Below, piece by piece: positions 7,151 to 17,629 of a stretch of 64,000 nucleotides of DNA. Under the pieces are notes generated by a model. That model was not told the origin of the DNA, searched no databases, and was given only the letters and a program-made list of their open reading frames with translations. Source of the DNA: Desulfovibrionaceae bacterium (lineage in GTDB: Bacteria; Desulfobacterota; Desulfovibrionia; Desulfovibrionales; Desulfovibrionaceae); contig JAQXLA010000019.1 in NCBI GenBank assembly GCA_029011315.1, forward strand, positions 50,569 to 114,568. The letters run 5' to 3'. Every line of letters begins with the position of its first letter. Position 1 is the first letter of the stretch. The translations under genes and the position numbers were made by a program.

Positions 7151-9781
7151 ATGAACGAACAAGACGCACCCAAAATTACGCCCATGCTGCGGCAGTATCA
7201 GAGCATTAAGGAAACATGCTCCGATGCGCTGCTATTCTATAGAATGGGCGACTTTTATGAACTTTTCTTTGATGATGCTGCTGTGGCTGCAAAAGAGCTT
7301 CAGCTGGTTCTGACAGCGCGAAGCCGAAATACGGAAAATGCCGTACCCATGTGCGGTGTGCCGTGGCATTCTGCTGTTTCCTATATTACCAAGCTTGTTG
7401 ATCGCGGATACAAGGTCGCCTTATGTGATCAGATAGAAGACCCCCGTGACGCGAAAGGCATCGTCAAGAGAGCTGTAACACGGGTTTTTACTTCCGGAAC
7501 CATCATTGACGAAGCCGGATTAAAGACAAGCGAACACAACTTCATCGGTGCTATTCTGTGGGATGAACGACAGTCCAGAGGCGGCTTCGCCTGGGCTGAT
7601 ATTTCTACAGGCTTCTGGACCGGCATCAGCCTCGATTCTCTGGAAGAACTCTGGTCATGGGTTCAGAAAACAGACCCCAGAGAGCTTCTTATCACCGATC
7701 GTCTCTCGGTACCGCAATATGTGCGCAATGCAGAACGCAGAATTGTTCCGCTGAACGAAAAAGTTTACTTCCGCAGCCAGAGCGGGATTTCTCTGCTTCT
7801 CAAAACTCAGGAGATTCCGGATCTTCAGGCCATCGGCCTGCATAAGCTTCCGGAGCTGACCGGTGCCTGCACGGCACTTTTGCAGTACATCAGGGACTCT
7901 CAGCCCGGATACGATTACAGACCTGCTCCATTTGAAGTTCTGAATATCGGCGATTTTCTCATCGTTGACGATGTAACAGAACGAAATCTGGAATTGTTCC
8001 GGACTCTCGATGGCAGACGCGGCAAGGGAACATTGTTTAACGTGCTTGATAAAACCTGCACGCCTATGGGGGGACGTCTGCTTGAAGAACGTCTGCACAG
8101 ACCCTGGAGACGCAAGGAACCAGCAGAAGCATCGTTAAACGCCGTTGCCTTTCTCGTTCAGGAAAGGGAATTCCGCCGCCGCCTGCGCGATGCGCTGGAA
8201 AAAGTCTATGATCTGGAACGGCTGACAACGCGCATTACGCTCAACCGAACGTCTCCCAAAGACATGGCTTCTCTGGCCGCCAGCCTCAATGCGCTGCCGG
8301 CTGTTTCCGAGCTGTTGCTCTCCCGCCCGGATCTGCCTCCAGCCATGGACAGCCTTTGCAGAAACTGGGATCCTCTTTCGGATTTGAGAGAACTTCTCTC
8401 AAATGCCATTGTTGAAGATCCGCCTCAGCTTTTGACAGAGGGAGGAATTTTCAAAACCGGCTATAATGACAGACTCGATGAGCTTCTGGATTTGACAGCT
8501 AACGGAGAAAAAAAACTCCAGAAACTGCTGGAAAAAGAACAAACTGCAGCGAATATCCCCAAAATGAAGCTCGGCTTCAACCGTGTCTTCGGCTACTATT
8601 TTGAAATTTCACGCTCAGCGTTGACAGACATTGTGATTCCCGATCATTTTCATCGCAGGCAGACCCTGGCTAATGCGGAACGATTCACGACGCCTCAACT
8701 GCAAGAGCTAGAAAATGCCCTGCTTTCAGCTTCTGAAAAGCAGAAAGAACTGGAATACCGTCTTTTTCAGGATCTCAGAGCCGCTGTTTCCCAGGCTGGA
8801 TCCCGCCTTCTTCTAACAGCAGGCATGATCGCGAATCTGGATGTCTGGCAGTCCTTCGCTCTTTCCGCAGAAGAAAATCGCTGGTCCCGTCCGGAACTGT
8901 TTGAGGATCGGCGCATTGACATTCTTGAAGGACGCCATCCTGTTGTAGAAGCCATGCTGGGGACAGCAGATTTCGTCCCAAACGATCTGCATATGGATGC
9001 TGAACGGCGTTTGCTGCTGATCACGGGACCCAATATGGCAGGAAAATCGACTGTTCTCCGCCAGACCGCACTCATCTGCCTTATGGCACAGGCGGGCTCC
9101 TTTGTACCGGCACGGGAAGCCAGAATTGGTCTGTGCGACAGGCTGTTCTCCCGCGTCGGGGCTTCCGACAATCTGGCCAAGGGGCAGAGTACGTTTATGG
9201 TCGAAATGATGGAAACTGCCCGCATTCTCCGCCAGGCAACGTCACGCAGTCTGGTTATTCTCGACGAAATTGGTCGGGGAACAAGCACCTTTGACGGACT
9301 ATCCATAGCCTGGGCTGTTGCTGAAGCACTGGCCCACAAAGCCGGTCGAACAATTCGGACGCTTTTCGCAACGCATTACCATGAATTGACAGAACTGGAC
9401 GGTCTCATTCCCGGTATCCGCACGATGAGCATCGCCGTAAAAGAATGGAATGGGAGTATTGTGTTTCTGCGCCGGCTTATCCCCGGTCCGGCAAATCGGA
9501 GCTACGGCATAGAGGTCGCGAAGCTAGCTGGCATGCCGCGCTCTGTCGTCAAACGAGCTGGGGAAATCCTCACACGTCTTGAAGGTCAAAAACCGGAAAG
9601 AACGCCCGTTCAGGCCGTTCTTCCCGATCTGTTTCCGGAACAATCCGCCGATCAGAAGAGTCCTGCAAGATCCGCGGCATCTCTGCTCACCGAATTGAAA
9701 ACCTTAAAAACAGAAACGATGACTCCAGAAGAAGCTTTGACGATCATCAAAAAATGGAAAACTCAATGGAGCCGTTTATGA
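7151..9781 (+). CDS. mutS: DNA mismatch repair protein MutS
   Basis: TPMLRQY, FYRMGDFYELFFDDA, PMCGVP, TGPNMAGKSTVLRQ, GQSTFMVEM, ILDEIGRGTSTFDG, FATHYHEL, RSYGIEVAKLAG. Confidence 0.98.
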   Translation: MNEQDAPKITPMLRQYQSIKETCSDALLFYRMGDFYELFFDDAAVAAKELQLVLTARSRNTENAVPMCGVPWHSAVSYITKLVDRGYKVALCDQIEDPRDAKGIVKRAVTRVFTSGTIIDEAGLKTSEHNFIGAILWDERQSRGGFAWADISTGFWTGISLDSLEELWSWVQKTDPRELLITDRLSVPQYVRNAERRIVPLNEKVYFRSQSGISLLLKTQEIPDLQAIGLHKLPELTGACTALLQYIRDSQPGYDYRPAPFEVLNIGDFLIVDDVTERNLELFRTLDGRRGKGTLFNVLDKTCTPMGGRLLEERLHRPWRRKEPAEASLNAVAFLVQEREFRRRLRDALEKVYDLERLTTRITLNRTSPKDMASLAASLNALPAVSELLLSRPDLPPAMDSLCRNWDPLSDLRELLSNAIVEDPPQLLTEGGIFKTGYNDRLDELLDLTANGEKKLQKLLEKEQTAANIPKMKLGFNRVFGYYFEISRSALTDIVIPDHFHRRQTLANAERFTTPQLQELENALLSASEKQKELEYRLFQDLRAAVSQAGSRLLLTAGMIANLDVWQSFALSAEENRWSRPELFEDRRIDILEGRHPVVEAMLGTADFVPNDLHMDAERRLLLITGPNMAGKSTVLRQTALICLMAQAGSFVPAREARIGLCDRLFSRVGASDNLAKGQSTFMVEMMETARILRQATSRSLVILDEIGRGTSTFDGLSIAWAVAEALAHKAGRTIRTLFATHYHELTELDGLIPGIRTMSIAVKEWNGSIVFLRRLIPGPANRSYGIEVAKLAGMPRSVVKRAGEILTRLEGQKPERTPVQAVLPDLFPEQSADQKSPARSAASLLTELKTLKTETMTPEEALTIIKKWKTQWSRL

Positions 9782-10260
9782 ACAAACTTCCGTTTCTTCT
9801 GCTGCTTGCTGCTGGAATACTGTCCATCGCTACAGGATGCGGCAAAAAAGACAATCCCGTTCCCCAAACGGAAAGCAGCCGCTTTCAATGGGCTTCTGTC
9901 GAGGCATTTCCTACAGCAAACGACTGTATTGCTCTGCAGGGAACGCTGACGGGATCCTGGAATCGAGCAGATTCCTACATGCTGGAATTGGAACGTGTTG
10001 CTTCTGAAACTGACGCATCCTTGCCTCCGGAACTGCGCACCACGCAGAACTCCTGCCTCGACTGTCCCTTTCAAGCCGATGAACACATTGAGCTGAAGCC
10101 ATCTTCCCGGCAGAATGAGGATCACAAAAGCACCATGACATTTCTAGCCTGTCCCAGACAAAAAGCTAAAGCTTATCGGTGGCGTCTCACAGCACGAAGC
10201 AATCTGAAATTTATGCCGTATGAAACGTCACCGACAGGCCTCCTGAATATGTCTCGCTAA
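9778..10260 (+). CDS. Lipoprotein of unknown function
   Basis: Signal peptide with lipobox IATG-C then GKKDNPVP; internal CLDCPF; ATGA overlap with the mutS stop. Confidence 0.7.
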   Translation: MNKLPFLLLLAAGILSIATGCGKKDNPVPQTESSRFQWASVEAFPTANDCIALQGTLTGSWNRADSYMLELERVASETDASLPPELRTTQNSCLDCPFQADEHIELKPSSRQNEDHKSTMTFLACPRQKAKAYRWRLTARSNLKFMPYETSPTGLLNMSR

Positions 10261-10288
10261 GTCTGACCCGTTATCAATCCCATGAAAC

Positions 10289-11236
10289 TCAGTCCTGCAT
10301 CTGTGCCAGAGATCCGATATTCCGGGCTTCAAACTCCGCATCGGAGTCAACAGCCCGCAGAATCGGATCGACCATGCGGGTCAAAGCTCCTTTCGGTCCG
10401 AGTTCAATCCAGCGGCGAACTCCATCCTTCCACTGATTTTCCACGATATGCATCCAGCGGACAGAAGAAGTCATCTGCACTGAAACCAGATCACGCAGGC
10501 TTTCCCCATCCATCGCGGGGCATCCGGTTACGTCGCAATAAATGGGAAAGACCGGACGGTTCCAAGTCAGACGATCCAGCACCTTCTTCAGCTCTTCGGC
10601 GGCATTCCTCAGCATGGGGCTATGAAAAGCCCCGCTCACCGGAAGCAGGACAGCGCGTCCCTTGCTCTGCTTCGCAAGGCCAAGAATCCTCTCAACGGCA
10701 GGCTTTGAACCGCTGACTACTATCTGCGTCGGCGTATTGTAATTGGCAATATTGAGACAATCATCCTCCGCAGCCTCCCGGACGATTGTCTCGACCTGCT
10801 GCAGATCAAGACGAAGCACAGCTGCCATAGCACCGATATGATCCGGATCCGCATCGGCCATCAGCTGCCCGCGAATACTTACCGCTTCCAGCGTCTGCTC
10901 CGGAGAAAGCACCCTGGCCGCAGCCAATGCTGAATATTCCCCCAGACTATGTCCCGCAGCGCAGCATACGGAATCTGATCCGAATTTCGAGGCATATTCC
11001 ATCCAAAGCGTCATATTGACGACCGTTAAGGCCGGCTGAAGAGCTCTCGTATCAGCCATGGCAACGGCATCTCCGCTATCCCAGTACAGCTCCCTCAATG
11101 GAAGACCGGATATTTTTTCGGCTTTTTTCCAAAGCTCCATGGCCTCTTTGTTGTTTTCGGCTGCATCGCGCCCCATGCCTGCTTCCTGCGATCCCTGTCC
11201 GGGAAAAATAAGCGCAGTGCGCACAGTGTCCGACAT
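10289..11236 (-). CDS. fabD: Malonyl-CoA:ACP transacylase
   Basis: LIFPGQGSQ..GMG, QPAL, AGHSLGEYSAL, IANYN...QIVVSG, LPVSGAFHS, ELGPKGAL. Confidence 0.96.
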   Translation of the reverse strand: MSDTVRTALIFPGQGSQEAGMGRDAAENNKEAMELWKKAEKISGLPLRELYWDSGDAVAMADTRALQPALTVVNMTLWMEYASKFGSDSVCCAAGHSLGEYSALAAARVLSPEQTLEAVSIRGQLMADADPDHIGAMAAVLRLDLQQVETIVREAAEDDCLNIANYNTPTQIVVSGSKPAVERILGLAKQSKGRAVLLPVSGAFHSPMLRNAAEELKKVLDRLTWNRPVFPIYCDVTGCPAMDGESLRDLVSVQMTSSVRWMHIVENQWKDGVRRWIELGPKGALTRMVDPILRAVDSDAEFEARNIGSLAQMQD

Positions 11237-11286
11237 ACATGTCTCCTGAAACAGTCCGGCATCGGCCGGAGATAAAAAAATCCGGA

Positions 11287-12285
11287 TCAGCAATCATACG
11301 GAATAGGACTGATTTTCATCAGCTTATTCCAATTATGATGCGCCTCAACATACCGTACCGTACCAGTTTTTCCGCGGATCAGCAGAGAATGTGTGACGGC
11401 TCCCTGGCCAAGGTACTTGACACCTCTGAGAAATGTCCCACCAGATATGCCGGTTGCGGCAAAAAGCACATCATCGCTGCGAACCAGCGTATTTTCATCA
11501 AGAATCTGGCGCAAATCGATTCCTGCATCAATGATCGCCCTTTTTTCCGTCTCCGACTGCGGATCCAGCCGTGCCAGCAGAACACCACCGGAACTTTTAA
11601 TGGCACAGGCCGCCAGCACGCCCTCCGGAGTGCCACCCGTTCCCATCATCACGTCAATTTCCGAATGTTCGTCAATCGCCATCAATGCGCCGGCTACGTC
11701 TCCATCTGTGTTCAGCTGTATACGAGCTCCAGCTTTACGAATATCCCGAATCAGCTGCTGATGCCTGGGCTTTTCCAAAACAAAGACAACCAAATCAGTA
11801 ACGTCCTTGCCAAGAGCCTTGGCGATATTCTGCAAATTGACCGCTACCGGAGCATCCAGATCAACCACATTGCGTGCAGCAGATCCGACGACCAGCTTCT
11901 TCATATAAAAACTCGGACCGGGATTGAACATGCTTCCCTCTGGCGCCGCTCCCACTACGGAAATGGCATTCGGACGACCGAGAGCCAGGAGATTCGTCCC
12001 CTCGACAGGATCAACGGCGATATCCAAACGGGGTCCTGTACCATTGCCGATGGTCTCGCCGTTAAACAACATAGGCGCTTTGTCTTTTTCTCCTTCCCCG
12101 ATGACGACCCGTCCCTGAATAGGGAGAGAATTAAAAGACATTCTCATCGCGTCCACCGCCGCGCCGTCTCCGGCATTTTTGTCGCCCTTTCCGAGCCACC
12201 GAGCTGAAGCAAGAGCCGCAGCCTCTGTCACCCGCACAAGATCAAAAGCCAGATTGCGATCCGGAAATTCTTTTTCAGACATCAT
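11287..12285 (-). CDS. glpX: Class II fructose-1,6-bisphosphatase
   Basis: RVTEAAALAS, VIGEGEKDKAPML, DIAVDPVEGT, DGDVAGA, GTGGTPEGV, FAATGI. Confidence 0.96.
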   Translation of the reverse strand: MMSEKEFPDRNLAFDLVRVTEAAALASARWLGKGDKNAGDGAAVDAMRMSFNSLPIQGRVVIGEGEKDKAPMLFNGETIGNGTGPRLDIAVDPVEGTNLLALGRPNAISVVGAAPEGSMFNPGPSFYMKKLVVGSAARNVVDLDAPVAVNLQNIAKALGKDVTDLVVFVLEKPRHQQLIRDIRKAGARIQLNTDGDVAGALMAIDEHSEIDVMMGTGGTPEGVLAACAIKSSGGVLLARLDPQSETEKRAIIDAGIDLRQILDENTLVRSDDVLFAATGISGGTFLRGVKYLGQGAVTHSLLIRGKTGTVRYVEAHHNWNKLMKISPIPYDC

Positions 12286-12357
12286 TTCGTTCCTTAAAGA
12301 CAGTGCAAAGTCTGTTGAATGAAGGCGAAACAGCCTTCAAATTCAAAAATATGCTGC

Positions 12358-12386
12358 AGTATAGAGCAATCAACGCGCTGCTTCAA
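12358..12386 (-). promoter_or_regulatory. Putative sigma70 promoter for glpX-fabD
   Basis: Minus strand TTGAAG-N17-TATACT. Confidence 0.6.
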
Positions 12387-12440
12387 GACGATCACGTATT
12401 GTTTCAATGAGGGAGAAAATGCTACATTCGACCTTATCCT

Positions 12441-12468
12441 TTGACTTTTCACCTGTTTTCGTTAAAAT
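12441..12468 (+). promoter_or_regulatory. Putative sigma70 promoter for argS
   Basis: TTGACT-N16-TAAAAT in the AT-rich divergent gap. Confidence 0.55.
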
Positions 12469-12510
12469 TTAATTTTCACAATACATTTCAAAATTTCTGC
12501 GAGGCTTTTC

Positions 12511-14163
12511 ATGCGCGCTGAACGGTATCTTGAACAGGCACTACGTTCCATTCTTGAAAACATGCAGGTAGCTTGGCCGGAAAAAGCTGTGATTGAACCG
12601 ACCAAGGATATTCGGCACGGCGAATTTGCTACCAATATTGCAATGACGCTGGCCAGATCTCTCAGCAGAGCTCCGCGCGAAATCGCAGCGGAAATCGCTT
12701 CAGCGCTGCATCAAAATGAAGAATTGGCATCCATAGAGGTCGCAGGCCCAGGATTTCTGAACGTCTCTTTCCGCCCTTCTTTTTGGCAGAAGACGATTTT
12801 GCAGGCCGATAAAGAGAAAAATCTCTTCGGGTCCTGCCGAGATGGAGAAGGCACCAAAATTCAGGTTGAATTCGTTTCTGCCAATCCCACAGGCCCCCTG
12901 CACATCGGTCATGGCCGCGGTGCTGCAGTCGGCGATGCCCTTGTGAGAATTCTCCGCTTTGCTGGATATGACGTGACTGCGGAATACTATATCAATGACG
13001 CCGGACGCCAGATGCGTCTGCTCGGACTTTCCATCTGGCTCAGAGCCAAGGAACTGGCCGGCAAGCCGGTGGAATGGCCTGAAGATTACTACAAGGGATC
13101 CTACATCATTGATATAGCCCGGGATTTGTCCGCTCAATGCCCTGGATTGACAGATCTGGCAGACAAAGCCGGAGAAAAAATCTGCTTTGAATACGGAATG
13201 GAAACCATTCTGAACGGCATCAAGCAGGATTTGAAGGACTTTCGCGTCGGACATGACGTCTGGTTCTCGGAACAATCTCTTGTTGATCGCGGAGCTATTG
13301 AACAGACATTCCAAAATTTGAAGGAAAAGAACCTTTCCTTTGAACAGGACGGGGCCTTGTGGTTCCGTACAACAGATTTCGGGGATGACAAAGATCGTGT
13401 TCTGCGCAAATCGAACGGACTATTGACCTATTTTGCATCCGATATTGCCTATCATGACGACAAATACAAACGGGGATTTGACCGTGTCGTCGATGTCTGG
13501 GGTGCCGATCATCATGGCTATATCCCTCGCATGCGGGCAGCAGTTCAGGCTATAGGCAGGAAACAGAAGGCCTTTGACGTCGTTCTGATTCAGCTTGTCA
13601 ATCTTCTGTCAAATGGTGAACAGATTGCCATGTCGACCCGTTCCGGACAATTTGAAACACTGGCTGACGTCGTGAAGGAAGTTGGAACAGACGCCGCGCG
13701 ATTCATGTTTCTTTCCAGAAAAAGCGACAGTCCCCTTGATTTCGATTTGGAACTGGTCAAACAGCGGACGATGGATAACCCTGTTTATTACGTGCAGTAT
13801 GCGCACGCCCGCATATGCTCTGTGCTGCGCAAGGCGAAAGAGATGGGCATGGCGCTGCCGGATCAGGCCGAAGCGTCGATGCTGAATCCTCTGACGGACA
13901 GGGATGAACTCGATCTTATGAAAACCGTAGATCGCTTCTGTGACGTTGCTTCCGATGCCGCAGCCAATTTGGCTCCGCATCATATCAGCTATTATCTTGC
14001 AGATCTTGCCGGACAGCTGCATGGTTATTACGCTAGGCATCCTGTACTTCAGGCCGGAGATACTGCTCTTTCCACAGCGCGTCTTGTCATGCTCCGTACT
14101 GTAGGCCAGGTTATCCGAAACGGACTGGATCTCCTCGGCGTTTCAGCTCCGGAATCCATGTAA
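12511..14163 (+). CDS. argS: Arginine--tRNA ligase
   Basis: [33 protein letters not shown] (HIGH), [38 protein letters not shown]. Confidence 0.98.
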   Translation: MRAERYLEQALRSILENMQVAWPEKAVIEPTKDIRHGEFATNIAMTLARSLSRAPREIAAEIASALHQNEELASIEVAGPGFLNVSFRPSFWQKTILQADKEKNLFGSCRDGEGTKIQVEFVSANPTGPLHIGHGRGAAVGDALVRILRFAGYDVTAEYYINDAGRQMRLLGLSIWLRAKELAGKPVEWPEDYYKGSYIIDIARDLSAQCPGLTDLADKAGEKICFEYGMETILNGIKQDLKDFRVGHDVWFSEQSLVDRGAIEQTFQNLKEKNLSFEQDGALWFRTTDFGDDKDRVLRKSNGLLTYFASDIAYHDDKYKRGFDRVVDVWGADHHGYIPRMRAAVQAIGRKQKAFDVVLIQLVNLLSNGEQIAMSTRSGQFETLADVVKEVGTDAARFMFLSRKSDSPLDFDLELVKQRTMDNPVYYVQYAHARICSVLRKAKEMGMALPDQAEASMLNPLTDRDELDLMKTVDRFCDVASDAAANLAPHHISYYLADLAGQLHGYYARHPVLQAGDTALSTARLVMLRTVGQVIRNGLDLLGVSAPESM

Positions 14164-14169
14164 ACCTTT

Positions 14170-14201
14170 CCGTGTCCTCCGGAATCTTTCGGCGGACACG
14201 G
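14170..14201. terminator. Hairpin after argS (possible terminator or processing site)
   Basis: CCGTGTCC...GGACACGG outer stem with an inner CCGGA/TTCGG stem; no strong U-tract. Confidence 0.45.
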
Positions 14202-14218
14202 ATTCCTTAAAAAGTCCC

Positions 14219-14887
14219 ATGTTTGGAAAAAAGAAATCCCGCATCAATAAAACGGAAGATTTTGCAGCGAATCCTGCTATCCTATCCAATCCGCAATCTG
14301 ATCTTCCTCGTCAGCCAGGCGGCATCCGAATTCATTTTTCCACTGTGCTGACCTGCGGTATCGTCGTCCTCATTACCGTCTTCTGGTCGTTTATCTTCGG
14401 CATGTATGTTGGCAGGGGCGTCCAGCCTTCTGAAATTATTCCTGCGGCACTTATGCCGGAACAGGAACAGGCAAAGTCCAAGGTGCTCGCGCCTGAAGAA
14501 CTCAGATTCATGAACAATCTGAAGCAGCGTTCTTCCGATACTGACTTGTCAGTTTCTCAGGAACAGCCCGCTGCCCTGTCCGTCGTTGAAAAGAAGCCAC
14601 TTCCGACGCAAAAGAAGCAGACGCCGGAAGAACCGCGCTACCGCTTCACGTATCAGGCCGCATCTTTTAAAAAGAAGTCGCAGGCTGATGCGCTGTCACA
14701 ACGCATTAAAGCCCTGGGATCGAGCAGCTCTGTCAAAGCCGAAAAACTCTCTGGAGGCAAAATCTGGTATCGCGTCTACGCATCAACTCAAGGAACTGAA
14801 AACGATGCTTCATCTTTGAAAAAGAGCCTTGCCAGTCTTGGCCTTCAGGACGCTAGGCTCATCAGCCGCCAGCCGCGCAAACGGTGA
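14219..14887 (+). CDS. SPOR-domain protein (FtsN/DedD-like)
   Basis: Single TM (FWSFIFGMYVGRG), low-complexity linker, C-terminal YQAASFK...WYRV SPOR signature. Confidence 0.8.
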   Translation: MFGKKKSRINKTEDFAANPAILSNPQSDLPRQPGGIRIHFSTVLTCGIVVLITVFWSFIFGMYVGRGVQPSEIIPAALMPEQEQAKSKVLAPEELRFMNNLKQRSSDTDLSVSQEQPAALSVVEKKPLPTQKKQTPEEPRYRFTYQAASFKKKSQADALSQRIKALGSSSSVKAEKLSGGKIWYRVYASTQGTENDASSLKKSLASLGLQDARLISRQPRKR

Positions 14888-15690
14888 CCCGCATGTCCTT
14901 TCTTATCCGTCTATTGACACTGCTTGGTCAGGAAACTGAAAAACGACTTGGAATTCTTGGCGAACTGTTTCTTTTTTTGCTTGAGGGATTCCGCCTGCTT
15001 TTCACGACTCCCGGCATACTCCGCAAAACTGTTCAGCAAATTTATGCCGTCGGGGCTCAGTCCTTTTTTCTTATTGCGGGCATCGGGCTGTTTACAGGCA
15101 TGGTTTTGGGACTTCAGGGCTATTACGTCCTGATCAAATTCGGTTCCGTAGGCTTTCTCGGTGCTGCGGTCTCGCTCTCGCTCATCCGGGAACTGGGACC
15201 TACGCTTGCAGCCGTCATGATCACGGGACGCGCCGGTTCTTCCATGACTGCAGAAATCGGCGTAATGCGCATCTCGGATCAAATTGACGCGCTTGAAGTC
15301 ATGGACATTCCCGGCATGGGGTATCTTGTCTCTCCTCGCTTTGCCGCTGCGCTCATTGCATTTCCTCTGCTGACGGCGATCTTTGACGTAATGGGCATCG
15401 CCGGCGGCTACCTGACAGGTGTCATGCTGCTCGGCATTAATCCCGGATCCTACTTTTACAGTATGGAATCTTCCGTTCTTATGGCGGATGTGTGCGAAGG
15501 ATTCATCAAATCTGCCGTATTTTCCGTGCTTGTGACCCTCATCTGCTGTTATTGCGGCTATACGGCACACTGCCGCAGAGACAGCAAAGGCCCGGAGGCA
15601 GTAGCCAATGCTACGACATCAGCCGTGGTTTACTCCTGCATTATCGTGCTGATTGCTGACTATGCCATCACTTCAGCGATGCTGCGCTGA
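14884..15690 (+). CDS. mlaE: Mla ABC transporter permease
   Basis: GLFTGMVLGLQG, LIRELGP...AVMITGRAGSSMTAEIGVMRISDQIDALEVM. Confidence 0.93.
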   Translation: MTRMSFLIRLLTLLGQETEKRLGILGELFLFLLEGFRLLFTTPGILRKTVQQIYAVGAQSFFLIAGIGLFTGMVLGLQGYYVLIKFGSVGFLGAAVSLSLIRELGPTLAAVMITGRAGSSMTAEIGVMRISDQIDALEVMDIPGMGYLVSPRFAAALIAFPLLTAIFDVMGIAGGYLTGVMLLGINPGSYFYSMESSVLMADVCEGFIKSAVFSVLVTLICCYCGYTAHCRRDSKGPEAVANATTSAVVYSCIIVLIADYAITSAMLR

Positions 15691-15708
15691 ACGACGGAGA
15701 AAAAAATC

Positions 15709-16530
15709 ATGTTCCGTACATCCTGGGATATCAAATTGGAAAACGTGCAGGCAGGATATGGAGAGCGTATCGTTTTGCACGATATCGATGCCGTGATCCC
15801 GGCTGGCAAAATTACGGTTGTTCTCGGCGAATCCGGATGCGGCAAATCAACTTTGCTCCGTCACATTATCGGGCTTTCAAGACCTGTAGGAGGACGAATT
15901 TTTCACGGAGGAAACGATCTCTTTGCTTTGCCAGAATCGGAGTTTCGTAAAATCCGCCGCCGTTTCGGCGTTCTCTTTCAGGATGGCGCGCTCCTTGGTT
16001 CGCTGTCGCTCGCTGAAAATGTCGGGCTTCCTCTGACCGAGCATACCAGCCTCCCAGCTCCAATCATCCGCAAGGCGGTGCTGCGCACGCTTCGCCTCGT
16101 CGGGTTAGAAAAATTTGCAGACTACTATCCTAACGAACTTTCAGGAGGCATGAAGAAACGCGGAGGATTGGCCAGAGCCATTATTACAGAACCTCCGGTT
16201 CTGTTCTGTGATGAGCCGACATCCGGACTGGATCCCATTAACGCATCTTTGATGGATCGGCTGCTGCTCAAAATGCACAGGCAATACCCGTTTATGACCA
16301 TTGTCTCCGTAAGCCATGACATGTCCAGTGTTTCCTCAATTGCGGACTGTGTCATGCTAATCCGAGACGGTAAAATCGCTTTTTCTGGAACACGAGATGC
16401 GTTTTACGCAGACTCTTCACCGTATTTGCGCAGCTTCCGCCAACGGCTCTCTGAGGAATCGCCGGCCATGGATGCTGAACCGGTTGATCCTGCAGTCCGC
16501 TGCGCCCTTGATACATGGATTACTCAATAA
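15709..16530 (+). CDS. mlaF: Mla ABC transporter ATP-binding protein
   Basis: GESGCGKS, GVLFQDGALL, ELSGGMKKR, LFCDEPTSGLDP, SVSHD. Confidence 0.92.
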   Translation: MFRTSWDIKLENVQAGYGERIVLHDIDAVIPAGKITVVLGESGCGKSTLLRHIIGLSRPVGGRIFHGGNDLFALPESEFRKIRRRFGVLFQDGALLGSLSLAENVGLPLTEHTSLPAPIIRKAVLRTLRLVGLEKFADYYPNELSGGMKKRGGLARAIITEPPVLFCDEPTSGLDPINASLMDRLLLKMHRQYPFMTIVSVSHDMSSVSSIADCVMLIRDGKIAFSGTRDAFYADSSPYLRSFRQRLSEESPAMDAEPVDPAVRCALDTWITQ

Positions 16531-16544
16531 GGAAGGAGGTTTTT

Positions 16545-16994
16545 ATGGCTTCTTCTTTTTCCCGGCAAACGGCCGTAGGCTTCTTTGTAGCCGTTGGGCT
16601 GGTATGCGTGGGATATCTTACCGTCAAGCTGGGACGCATGGAACTGAGCGCCTCAAATACCTATTCCGTATACGCGGCTTTCGATTCTGTAACCGGACTT
16701 CGAACCGGTGCGGAAGTCGTGATTTCCGGCGTGCGCGTCGGCAGAGTCGCAAAAATTTCTCTGGATTCCAACGGTCCCCGTGCCAAAGTTGAACTTCAGA
16801 TTGACAAGTCCATAGAACTAAGCGACGACACCATCGCTTCAGTCAAAACCAGCGGACTCATCGGCGATCGCTATATCAGCCTGCAGCCAGGCGGAATCGG
16901 ATCCCCTTTGAAAGCGGGAGATGAAATCACAGACACGGAATCAGCGGTGGATATCGAAACACTTATTAGCAAATATGTCTTTGGGAAGGTGTAA
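16545..16994 (+). CDS. mlaD: MCE/MlaD protein
   Basis: N-terminal TM, FDSVTGLRTGAEV.ISGVRVGRV, VKTSGLIGDRYISLQPG; AAGGAGG RBS. Confidence 0.92.
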   Translation: MASSFSRQTAVGFFVAVGLVCVGYLTVKLGRMELSASNTYSVYAAFDSVTGLRTGAEVVISGVRVGRVAKISLDSNGPRAKVELQIDKSIELSDDTIASVKTSGLIGDRYISLQPGGIGSPLKAGDEITDTESAVDIETLISKYVFGKV

Positions 16995-16996
16995 TC

Positions 16997-17629
16997 ATGC
17001 TGAAAAGATGGCTGATCTGCGCGGCTCTGTTGCTGATGCCGCTGTTTTTCTGTACGTGGACGGCTGAGGGAGGCGTTCCTTCCGATACGCTGAAACCTCA
17101 TGTTGACGCGATTTTGCATATTCTTCAAAAACCAGGATACCAAAATCCCTCCTCCCGCCCTCCTCTTCGCAGAGAGATTGAGTCCGAGCTGGAAAAAATC
17201 TTCGACTTTACAGAATTTTCTTCCAGAACTGCAGGAAGAGCCTGGCTTTCCTTTACGCCGGATCAGAAAAACCGCTTTACCAATGCCTTCCGTCAGCTGC
17301 TGCTCACGACTTATCTGGATAAAATTCAAGGATACAGCGGAGAACAGATTGAATATGTCCGGGAAATTTCTTCGCAAAAGGGCGATCGCGCAGAAATACA
17401 GACCATCGTCACGCTGTCTGACGGAAAGCAAATTCCGGTGTCCTATCGCATGTTGGAGAAGAATTCATCATGGGTTGTCTATGATGTCATCATCGAAAAT
17501 GTCAGCCTCATTAAAAATTATCGCTCACAATTTCAAAGCATTCTGGCCACAGGCGATGCCGAGCAGCTCATTGCCAGGGTTCAGGCCAGAGCTCAGGAGC
17601 TGAAAGCTGCTTCTCAGGCAAAACCATGA
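16997..17629 (+). CDS. mlaC: MlaC/Ttg2D periplasmic phospholipid-binding protein
   Basis: Signal peptide, FDFTEFSSR..G..W, WVVYDVIIENVSLIKNYRSQF. Confidence 0.9.
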   Translation: MLKRWLICAALLLMPLFFCTWTAEGGVPSDTLKPHVDAILHILQKPGYQNPSSRPPLRREIESELEKIFDFTEFSSRTAGRAWLSFTPDQKNRFTNAFRQLLLTTYLDKIQGYSGEQIEYVREISSQKGDRAEIQTIVTLSDGKQIPVSYRMLEKNSSWVVYDVIIENVSLIKNYRSQFQSILATGDAEQLIARVQARAQELKAASQAKP

